Source of the DNA: Candidatus Aegiribacteria sp.
GTDB taxonomy: Bacteria > Fermentibacterota > Fermentibacteria > Fermentibacterales > JCC-6
DNA length: 61,900 nt
Direction: 5' to 3'
Assembly: GCA_046498225.1 (NCBI GenBank)
Contig: JAWOBF010000086.1
Location: 1 to 61,900, forward strand
Part shown: positions 19,464-27,349 of the stretch, one piece after another
How positions within the stretch are numbered: the first letter of the stretch is position 1
How the letters are laid out: the number at the start of each line of letters is the position of its first letter
Made by a program: the position numbers and the translations under genes
The notes under the pieces: generated by a model
What the model saw: the letters and a program-made list of their open reading frames with translations, nothing else
Told to the model about the DNA's origin: nothing
Databases searched by the model: none

Positions 19464-20211
19464 CGATAAGCTCCAGACCCTTCACTTTCAGCTCCCGGTC
19501 GAGGACTACTCTCATTCCGTTGACCCGGGTGTTGCCCTCCGCCACTCTGAGCCTGGCGTGCCTTCCGTTGATGAAACGGATGCGGGCCTCTTCGGTGGCC
19601 ATGCCTATCACCCCCGACATGGAGCCGCACATTCCAAGGTCGGTCAGGTAGGCCGTTCCCCCCGGCAGAACTCCGGCGTCGGCGGTGAGCACGTGAGTAT
19701 GGGTTCCGACGAGGATGGTTGCCCTGCCGTCAAGATGCCGGGCCATCACCTGCTTCTCGCTTGTGGCCTCGGCGTGCATGTCCACTATCACCACGTCGGC
19801 GGGGTTGTTCCTGACTATGCTGTCCACGGTCCTGAACGGACAGTCCAGGGCCATGGGTATGAACAGCCTTCCCTGAACATTTATGACCAGGATGCGCACT
19901 CCGGAGACATCCCGCACAAGGTAGCCGTGTCCGGGGTTGCCCGGCGGGTAGTTTGCCGGCCTGAGAACCGGACAGTCCGTCTGGTCGATGTACTCCAGAA
20001 CATCCTTGTGCTGCCATATGTGATTGCCGGAGGTGATAACGTCCACTCCGCCCTCCAGCAGCTGGACGGCGGTGTTCCTGGTAAGGCCGAACCCGCCGGC
20101 GGCGTTCTCCCCGTTGGCCACGGCGAAATCGAATTCCCGCCCCTTCAGATAGTTGACCAGGGCGCTGCGGCCGGGGCGGCCCACAACATCGCCGAAGAGC
20201 AGTATCTCCAC
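19450..20211 (-). CDS. ymdB: YmdB / TIGR00282 metallophosphoesterase
   Basis: GDVVGRPGR, NGENAAGG, TSGNHIW, DMHAEATSEK, GTHTHV. Confidence 0.9.
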   Translation of the reverse strand: MEILLFGDVVGRPGRSALVNYLKGREFDFAVANGENAAGGFGLTRNTAVQLLEGGVDVITSGNHIWQHKDVLEYIDQTDCPVLRPANYPPGNPGHGYLVRDVSGVRILVINVQGRLFIPMALDCPFRTVDSIVRNNPADVVIVDMHAEATSEKQVMARHLDGRATILVGTHTHVLTADAGVLPGGTAYLTDLGMCGSMSGVIGMATEEARIRFINGRHARLRVAEGNTRVNGMRVVLDRELKVKGLELIDEKA

Positions 20212-20212
20212 C

Positions 20213-21763
20213 TCAGTGAGCCGTTTCCGTAGCTCTGGTCTCTCGTATGACGGTCACCTTTATCTGGCCGGGGTAGTCCATGTCACTCTCTATCTTCCTT
20301 GCCACTATCCTGGCCAGCTCCGCCGAGGCGTCATCGTCCACCGTTTCTGGCTTCACCGCTATCCTAAGTTCCCGTCCCGCCTGAATGGCGTAGGATTTCC
20401 TGACCCCGTCGAAGGAATCCGCTATCGATTCCAGCTTATGCAGCCTTCTGACGTAGAGTTCGAGTGTTTCCCTTCGGGCGCCGGGCCTGGCGGAGCTCAC
20501 CGAGTCGGAGGCCTGGGTCAGTATGGCGTAGAGGGATTCACATTCGATCTCCTCATGGTGAGCGCCGATGGCGTTGCAGACCAGCGGTGATTCCTCGTAG
20601 CGCTGGGCCAGCTCCATGCCTACTATCGCATGGGAGCCCTCGATGTCCTGGTCGGTGGATTTTCCGATGTCGTGCAGCAGGCCTATCCTTCTGGCGATGG
20701 CCGGGTCGAGTTTCAGTTCGGAGGCCAGCAGGCCGCAGATGTGAGCGGTTTCCAGGGAGTGCTGGTACATGTTCTGCCCGTAGCTCGTCCTGTACCGCAG
20801 CCTGCCCAGATGCCTTATCAGCTGCTGGTGCAGCCCGGACACGTTGGCGTCCAGGGCCAGCTGGTTCCCCAGTTTCCTTATGCGCTTCTCCATCTCGGCC
20901 GAAACCCTGGCCACGGTGGATTCAATGCGTCCGGGGTGTATCCTTCCGTCATCCAGGAGCTTCTCCAGGGACTGCCTGGCTATCTCCCTCCTGACGGGGT
21001 CGAAACAGGATATGACAACGGCCTCCGGAGTGTCGTCGATTATGACGTCAACGTTGGTTGCCGCCTCGAAGGCCCGAATGTTCCTGCCTTCCCTGCCTAT
21101 TATTCTGCCCTTCATGTCATCGCTGGGCAGGTTCACCACGGATACGCAGTTCTCCACCACGTGGTCGGCCGCGCACCTCTGGACCGCGGTGGAGAGTATT
21201 CTGGCGGCTTCCTCCTCCGCCCTGTTCTCAGCGTCCTCCATTATCTTGCGCGTCAGCCTGCCCGCCTCATGATGGAGTTCCTCCTCCAGGTTCGCCAGCA
21301 TCAGTTTCCTTGCGTCATCCCTGGACAGGCTGGCTATCTGCTCCAGCAGCCTGTTCTGCTCCTCCATCAGCTTGTTGACCCTGTTATGCTTCGCGTTGAG
21401 GGAATTCTCCATCTCCGACAGGCCGGTCTCCCGCTTGTCGAGCGAGACCCTTCGGTCCTGAAGCTTCTCCTTCAGAATGGTGAGACGCTCGGATTCGTGG
21501 GCCAGCTGGCTGCCGGCCCGGTCCAGCTCCACTCTTTTCTCCTGGTACTTCTCCAGCATGTCGGCTCTCTCCCTGGAGATGGTGTCCCTTCCCTCCAGAA
21601 GAGCCTCGCGCTTGATGGTCTCACCCTCCCGGCGGGCATCAGCGATGATGCGTTCCGCTTCGGTCTCGGCACCACTTATCTCTTTGGCAACCAGAATCTT
21701 ATTGAGAACAAACCCCAATATGAACGCCACCACGAATACGGCGGCAGGTATGAGTATGTTCAT
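20213..21763 (-). CDS. rny: Ribonuclease Y
   Basis: N-terminal TM plus coiled coil, KH domain MKGRIIGREGRNIR, HD domain LLHDIGK, SYAIQAGRE. Confidence 0.97.
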   Translation of the reverse strand: MNILIPAAVFVVAFILGFVLNKILVAKEISGAETEAERIIADARREGETIKREALLEGRDTISRERADMLEKYQEKRVELDRAGSQLAHESERLTILKEKLQDRRVSLDKRETGLSEMENSLNAKHNRVNKLMEEQNRLLEQIASLSRDDARKLMLANLEEELHHEAGRLTRKIMEDAENRAEEEAARILSTAVQRCAADHVVENCVSVVNLPSDDMKGRIIGREGRNIRAFEAATNVDVIIDDTPEAVVISCFDPVRREIARQSLEKLLDDGRIHPGRIESTVARVSAEMEKRIRKLGNQLALDANVSGLHQQLIRHLGRLRYRTSYGQNMYQHSLETAHICGLLASELKLDPAIARRIGLLHDIGKSTDQDIEGSHAIVGMELAQRYEESPLVCNAIGAHHEEIECESLYAILTQASDSVSSARPGARRETLELYVRRLHKLESIADSFDGVRKSYAIQAGRELRIAVKPETVDDDASAELARIVARKIESDMDYPGQIKVTVIRETRATETAH

Positions 21764-21779
21764 GACGGTCTCCTGTCCA

Positions 21780-21930
21780 GGCGCAGGCAGGCATCTATGT
21801 AAACGGTGTCAGGATGTGGTCCGTGGGGACCGGACCGGGTCCACCCCTGCGCAGAGTGCCGGCACATCCCTTCCGTGTCCTTGGCAAACCTTGCCGGTCA
21901 AGGCCTCGAGGTACCGCAGCCGCTCAAGGC
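21780..21930 (-). ncRNA. ssrS: Candidate 6S RNA
   Basis: Lies in the zapA-rny gap where 6S is common. Long hairpin: 21812-21818 pairs with 21863-21869, 21803-06 with 21873-76, 21790-93 with 21892-95, leaving a central bubble. Primary sequence match to 6S consensus is weak. Confidence 0.45.
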
Positions 21931-21931
21931 A

Positions 21932-22330
21932 TCAACGCTGTACGTCGGACGTGCTGTTCTGCTGGATTGTGGAGGCTTCCTCTACGAGGGCAGATGAATC
22001 AGTTCCCGCGGACTTCACCGCCGTGGAAGGATGAGGGGTTTCCGACAGCACCTGTTCCACTCTGTCGGCGAGGTGTGTAAGTTCGCTGCTGAAGCTGTCT
22101 TCCAGCTCCTGGTACTGGTCTCTCTTCTGATAGAGTTCATCTGCTATGTTCAGCGCGGCAAAAATCGCCACCTTGGCCGTGGAGGCCATGGTGGCGTTGT
22201 CGGTCATCTGCCGCATCTTCATGTCAACGTAATGAGCTATCTCGGCAATGTAGGCGGGAGACCCCGCTCCCCGGATAGTATATTCCCGCCCGAAGATGTT
22301 CACGCGGGTTACTTCGCTCCGGTTGCTCAT
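21932..22330 (-). CDS. zapA: Cell division protein ZapA
   Basis: V.IFGREY.I, IAHYVD.KM, AIFAALNIADEL. Confidence 0.9.
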   Translation of the reverse strand: MSNRSEVTRVNIFGREYTIRGAGSPAYIAEIAHYVDMKMRQMTDNATMASTAKVAIFAALNIADELYQKRDQYQELEDSFSSELTHLADRVEQVLSETPHPSTAVKSAGTDSSALVEEASTIQQNSTSDVQR

Positions 22331-22611
22331 TTGATCCCTTGTTTGCCTTCTATCTCAATGCTTTCCAGTTTTTCCAGCACACCCGCTAATCTGCGCCTGA
22401 TCTCCTGTCTTTCCCTCAGGAGCCTGGCGCTGTGGATCCGAAGAATGTTGTACCCCTCCGAATCCACGGAGCCCACGCTGTTCTCCAGCCTGGCCTCAAG
22501 CTCCTCGACCCGTGCCGCCAGTTCATTCTTCTGAGAATTAACTGACCTGTACCTGACTATCAGTCTATTTATCGCTTCAGTCAACCTCTCGATATCTTCC
22601 GACTGGGGCAC
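22327..22611 (-). CDS. Coiled-coil protein, ZapB-like, upstream of zapA
   Basis: Heptad-rich 94 aa, 4-nt overlap with zapA. Confidence 0.6.
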   Translation of the reverse strand: MPQSEDIERLTEAINRLIVRYRSVNSQKNELAARVEELEARLENSVGSVDSEGYNILRIHSARLLRERQEIRRRLAGVLEKLESIEIEGKQGIK

Positions 22612-22628
22612 GATACATCCCCTCTCTC

Positions 22629-22982
22629 TCAGAGAGCGGCTTTAGCTTCTTCCACAACCCTGGCGAAAGCTTCCGGACTGTTGACCGCCAGGTCGGCCAG
22701 TACCTTCCTGTCCAGCTGTATTCCCGCCGTCTTCATGCCTGAGATGAAGGTGCTGTAAGTCATGCCGTGCTCCCTGACGGCGGCGTTTATCCTGGTTATC
22801 CACAGTGAACGGAAATTCCTCTTCCTGTTCCTGCGGTCCCGGTACTGGTACTCAAGGGCTTTCTTCCTGGCCTCGTTGGCTACTGTATACAGCTTCCTTC
22901 TTCCGCCGAAGTACCCTTTTGCTTCCTTTAGTCGCTTCTTGTGCTTTTGTTTCCTCGCAACCGCGTTCTTCACTCTGCTCAT
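22629..22982 (-). CDS. rplT: 50S ribosomal protein L20
   Basis: [41 protein letters not shown]. Confidence 0.98.
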   Translation of the reverse strand: MSRVKNAVARKQKHKKRLKEAKGYFGGRRKLYTVANEARKKALEYQYRDRRNRKRNFRSLWITRINAAVREHGMTYSTFISGMKTAGIQLDRKVLADLAVNSPEAFARVVEEAKAAL

Positions 22983-22996
22983 GATTCACTCCGATA

Positions 22997-23188
22997 CTAG
23001 GGTAGAAGCTTCTTGAGCCTCTTGGTATCAGCCTTGGAGGCTATCTTGGATTTACGAAGCTTTCTCAGCCTCTTGGGGCTTTTCTTGGTCTTGATATGGT
23101 CGGCGAACGGCCTGTTCATCTTGAACTTGCCCTTTGCCGTCTTTCGGAACCGCCTGGCGGCTCCCTTATGGGTCTTCATCTTGGGCAT
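22997..23188 (-). CDS. rpmI: 50S ribosomal protein L35
   Basis: MPKMKTHKGAARRF.KT..GK. Confidence 0.97.
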   Translation of the reverse strand: MPKMKTHKGAARRFRKTAKGKFKMNRPFADHIKTKKSPKRLRKLRKSKIASKADTKRLKKLLP

Positions 23189-23217
23189 TGATTCTCCCTC
23201 TTACCTGTTCAGGTCGG

Positions 23218-23742
<525 letters not shown>

Positions 23743-23753
23743 TTACTGACCTC

Positions 23754-25682
23754 CTATTCGGGTAATTCAGGCCGTCTGCATCCGGCCTTGACTGTTTCGA
23801 GGGCTTCCTCCAGTTCCAGGGAACCTCTGTCGCCCTCTCCATGAACGCGCAGAGCAACCCTGTCCGATCCAGCCTCCCGTTCACCTATGATGAACATGAA
23901 GGGGACCTTGCCCGTCTCGGCTTCCCTGATTCTGTATCCTATCGTCTCGCTTCTACCGTCTACCATGCTCCTGAGCCCGGCATTCCGGACACGGCTGTTG
24001 ACTTCCTCGGCCTTTTCCAGCTGAGACTCCGTAATAGGTAAGATAACAACCTGATGAGGGGCCAGCCAACCCGGGAGGTTCCCGGCGTAGTGTTCTATAA
24101 GGTTCCCTATGAACCTCTCCACCGATCCGAACAGTGCCCTGTGGACCATGTACACCCGGTGGTCCTGGCCGTCATCCCCCACATATGTGAGGTCGAATCT
24201 CTGGGGAATGTTGAAGTCGAACTGTATGGTGGGTCCCTGCCAGTAGCGTCCCAGCGCGTCTTTCATCTTTATGTCAATCTTCGGTCCGTAGAAGGCCGCC
24301 TCGCCGGTAACGGTCCTGTAATCCTCCCCCATCTCGTCCAGGGCCCTGGCCAGGGACGGCTCCACCTTCAGCCACTCCTCGGGACTGCCGGCGTAGCGGC
24401 CGGGGTCCTCGGGGTCCATGAGCGAAAGCTCGATGCTGTAGCCGAAATCGAATATTCGAAGGAAATAGAGGGCGAAACGGACGACTTTCTGTATCTCGTC
24501 GACTATCTGGTCCCCTGTGCAGAAGATGTGTCCGTCGTCCACCGTGAACCCCCGGACCCTCATCAGTCCGTGGAGCACTCCGCTCTTCTCGTACCTGTAT
24601 ACCACTCCCAGCTCAGCCAGGCGCATGGGCAGCTCCCGGTAGGATCTCCTGCTGTTCCTGTAGATAATGATGTGTCCGGGGCAGTTCATCGGCTTCAGGG
24701 CGTACTCGCCCCTGTCCACGTCAAGGAAGTACATGTTATCCCGGTAGTAGTCGTAGTGGCCGGAGGTCTTCCACAGCTCAGCCGGGGCGATGTGGGGGGT
24801 ATTGACCAGCTGGTACCCGGCGCTCACGTGAGCCCTCTTCCAGTGATTCTCCAGCTCCTCACGGACTATGGTGCCCGCCGGCAGCCAGTAGACCAGCCCG
24901 GGACCTCCCTCTCCACCCATGGTGAAGAGGCCCAGCTCCGGACCCAGTTTCCTGTGGTCCCTCTTCCTGGCCTCCCGCATGACCTCCAGATACCGCTTCA
25001 GGTTCTTGCGGGAATCGAAGACGGTGCCGTATATCCTGGTGAGCATCGGTCTGCTCTCGTCGCCCCTCCAGTAGGCTCCGGCGGTGCTCAGAAGCTTGAA
25101 GTGCCTGAGGCAGCCGGTGGAGGGAACGTGCGGACCTCTGCACAGGTCCACGAAATCTCCGTGGCGGTAGACCGAGATAGCTTCCCCCTCCTCCCGGAGT
25201 TCGTCCAGGAGTTCGAGCTTGTAGTCCTCCCCGCGGCTGCGGAAAAGCTCCAGCGCCTCCTCGAAGCCTATCTCCTCCCGGATGAAGGGAATGTCCTCCT
25301 CCACCTGCCTCTCCATCTCCGCCGCGATATCCTCGAAAGCGGATATTCCCGGAAAGTCGGGGATATCCATGTCGTAATAGAAACCGTCCTGTATGGCGGG
25401 GCCTATACCGAGCCTTGTGCCTGGGAACAGCTTCTGGACCGCCGCCGCCAAGAGATGGGAGCAGCTGTGTCGCAGGGTCATCCTGCCTTCCTCGTCACCG
25501 AAGGTGAGTATCTCTATGCTGCCGTCCTCCTCGAGAGGCTCGTCCAGGCCCATCAGCTTTCCGTTGAACTTCACCGCCAGAGCGTTCTTCGCCAGACCCC
25601 TGGAAATGTCCGAAGCTATGTCCAGACCGGTGGTGCCGGCCTCATAATTCTTTGAGCTGCTGTCGGGAAATTCGATGCGCAT
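23754..25682 (-). CDS. thrS: Threonine--tRNA ligase
   Basis: ATG at 25682 with GGAGG RBS; TGS domain, DLCRGPH, KPMNCPGH, FYGPKID, TIQFDF, VHRA..GS.ERF. Confidence 0.98.
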   Translation of the reverse strand: MRIEFPDSSSKNYEAGTTGLDIASDISRGLAKNALAVKFNGKLMGLDEPLEEDGSIEILTFGDEEGRMTLRHSCSHLLAAAVQKLFPGTRLGIGPAIQDGFYYDMDIPDFPGISAFEDIAAEMERQVEEDIPFIREEIGFEEALELFRSRGEDYKLELLDELREEGEAISVYRHGDFVDLCRGPHVPSTGCLRHFKLLSTAGAYWRGDESRPMLTRIYGTVFDSRKNLKRYLEVMREARKRDHRKLGPELGLFTMGGEGGPGLVYWLPAGTIVREELENHWKRAHVSAGYQLVNTPHIAPAELWKTSGHYDYYRDNMYFLDVDRGEYALKPMNCPGHIIIYRNSRRSYRELPMRLAELGVVYRYEKSGVLHGLMRVRGFTVDDGHIFCTGDQIVDEIQKVVRFALYFLRIFDFGYSIELSLMDPEDPGRYAGSPEEWLKVEPSLARALDEMGEDYRTVTGEAAFYGPKIDIKMKDALGRYWQGPTIQFDFNIPQRFDLTYVGDDGQDHRVYMVHRALFGSVERFIGNLIEHYAGNLPGWLAPHQVVILPITESQLEKAEEVNSRVRNAGLRSMVDGRSETIGYRIREAETGKVPFMFIIGEREAGSDRVALRVHGEGDRGSLELEEALETVKAGCRRPELPE

Positions 25683-25723
25683 GGTCCGGCGACCTCCTTC
25701 CGGTCGGAGTTCATCAATAAAAA

Positions 25724-25800
25724 TGGTGGGCGATACTGGACTTGAACCAGTGACCTCTTGCATGTCAAGCAAGCACTCTAGCCACCTGAGCTAATCGCCC
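25724..25800 (-). tRNA. tRNA-Val(GAC)
   Basis: GGGCGATTAGCTCAGGTGGCTAGAGTGCTTGCTTGACATGCAAGAGGTCACTGGTTCAAGTCCAGTATCGCCCACCA: cloverleaf, anticodon arm CTTGC-TT-GAC-AT-GCAAG, GTTCAAG T-loop, encoded CCA. Confidence 0.97.
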
Positions 25801-25826
25801 ACCGCACCATACAATGTGTGGCTCGA

Positions 25827-25855
25827 AGGATAAATACAAGCCGGCTAATCGTCAA
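25827..25855 (-). promoter_or_regulatory. Sigma70-type promoter for tRNA-Val/thrS
   Basis: TTGACG (25855-25850), 17 nt, TATCCT (25832-25827). Confidence 0.6.
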
Positions 25856-25884
25856 GGATGGACGGGTCCGGTTCCCGCCGGGGA

Positions 25885-26865
25885 TTACCGGTCAGGCGCG
25901 GTGCCGTGAACTATGGTGGTTCCGGCTTCCCCGTCCAGGGCTTTCAGGATGTTGCCCGGCGAGGTTATCACCACCCTGTTCCCGCCGTGCTTCAGGAAGC
26001 CTATGGAGGCCCTGACCTTCGGCAGCATGGAACCCTCGGCGAACTCACCCTGAAGGAGGAAGTGTTCCATCTCCTCCAGCGTAGCGTGATCGACAGGCTT
26101 CTGGTCGGGCTTCCCGAAATTCACGTAGACCTGGGGAACGGCCGTCGATATAACGTAGGTTTCCGCCTCCAGCCGGGTGGCCAGCAGGGCGCTGACGTGG
26201 TCCTTGTCGATTACCGCGGGTACGCCCCTTACCTTGTAGCCCTCCCTTATCACAGGCACTCCTCCGCCCCCGGCGCATATAACTATCTGGCCGGCGTTTA
26301 CCAGCGTCCGAATAGCCTCCAGCTCCAGTATCCTTCTCGGTTTCGGGGAGGGCACCACCCTCCTCCAGCCTCTTCCCGCGTCCTCCTTCATTATCCACCC
26401 GTGCAGGTCCATGGCGTCGGCGGCCTCCTTCCGGCTGTAGAAGGGTCCCACGGGTTTGGAGGGATTCTCAAAGGCCGGATCGTCGGGAGCTACCAGCACC
26501 TGGGTGATAAGGGCGGTCACCGGGATGTCCACCCCCCTCTCCTCCAGCACGTCCCCGAGGACCTGCTGAAGGAAGTATCCGATGTAGCCCTGCGTGGCCG
26601 CCACGTTAACGTCCAGACCGTCCGGCGGGACCACGTCTGAAGCCATAGCGTTCCGCAGGAGTTCGAAACCTACCTGGGGGCCGTTGCCGTGGGTTATGAC
26701 AACGCCGCCCCTGTACTGGGCTATCGTGGCCAGTTCCTGGCATACCTCCCGGGCCATTGTGTGAGTATCCAGGTTCCCTCTTCCGGCCCCGGAGGAGATG
26801 AGTGAATTGCCTCCCACCGCCACCACGGTCCTGGAAGCCGTTCTAACCGCTTCCATCGGTATCAT
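25885..26865 (-). CDS. arcC: Carbamate kinase
   Basis: AVGGNSL, THGNGPQVG, PSKPVGPFY, GWRRVVPSP, GGGGVPV, VIDKD, GSMLPKV. Confidence 0.93.
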   Translation of the reverse strand: MIPMEAVRTASRTVVAVGGNSLISSGAGRGNLDTHTMAREVCQELATIAQYRGGVVITHGNGPQVGFELLRNAMASDVVPPDGLDVNVAATQGYIGYFLQQVLGDVLEERGVDIPVTALITQVLVAPDDPAFENPSKPVGPFYSRKEAADAMDLHGWIMKEDAGRGWRRVVPSPKPRRILELEAIRTLVNAGQIVICAGGGGVPVIREGYKVRGVPAVIDKDHVSALLATRLEAETYVISTAVPQVYVNFGKPDQKPVDHATLEEMEHFLLQGEFAEGSMLPKVRASIGFLKHGGNRVVITSPGNILKALDGEAGTTIVHGTAPDR

Positions 26866-27349
26866 TCCCTTCCGCGCGCTCAGCCCGGGTCTCCCTCCAG
26901 TACAGGATCACCAGAATGACGCCTCCAGCCGTGATGGCCACGTCCGCCACGTTGAAGGTGGGCCAGCGCCTGCCGGCCAGGCCGACATCGATGAAATCAA
27001 GGACGCTGCCGTACATGAACCTGTCCATCAGGTTCCCCAGGGCCCCGCCCAGTATGGCTCCCATACCCGCCAGGAACAGACGTGGCCGGTCCGCCATCCT
27101 CCATATGAGGACGGATACGAGTATCGCCGCCGCGCCGGTGACCACCGTAAGGACAACGGGACCTCCCCAGGCCAGGCTGAAGGCGGCCCCCCTGTTCCAT
27201 ACCAGGGTGAACCTGAGGAATTCCCCCAGTATCTCCACCGGGTTCCGGGGGTCCAGCCATCCCAGGACCATCCTCTTGGTAACCTGGTCCGCCGCCAGCG
27301 TTCCGAGGGCTATCAGGTACCCGGTCAGCCGGGCCCTTGTATCATTCAT
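26843..27349 (-). CDS. lspA: Lipoprotein signal peptidase (SPase II)
   Basis: DQVTK, NRGAAFS, GGALGNLMDR, DFID, FNVAD. Confidence 0.95.
   Translation of the reverse strand: MNDTRARLTGYLIALGTLAADQVTKRMVLGWLDPRNPVEILGEFLRFTLVWNRGAAFSLAWGGPVVLTVVTGAAAILVSVLIWRMADRPRLFLAGMGAILGGALGNLMDRFMYGSVLDFIDVGLAGRRWPTFNVADVAITAGGVILVILYWRETRAERAEGNDTDGSG

Noticed and set aside
22796-22804. Perfect DnaA box TTATCCACA (also at 31122-31130)
   Set aside because: Both lie in coding sequence and follow from the peptides L/V-W-I-T; isolated and not near an AT-rich unwinding element, so not oriC.
25724-25800. tRNA-Val as an integration hotspot
   Set aside because: No duplicated tRNA 3' end or mobile genes nearby; flanked directly by thrS and its own promoter.
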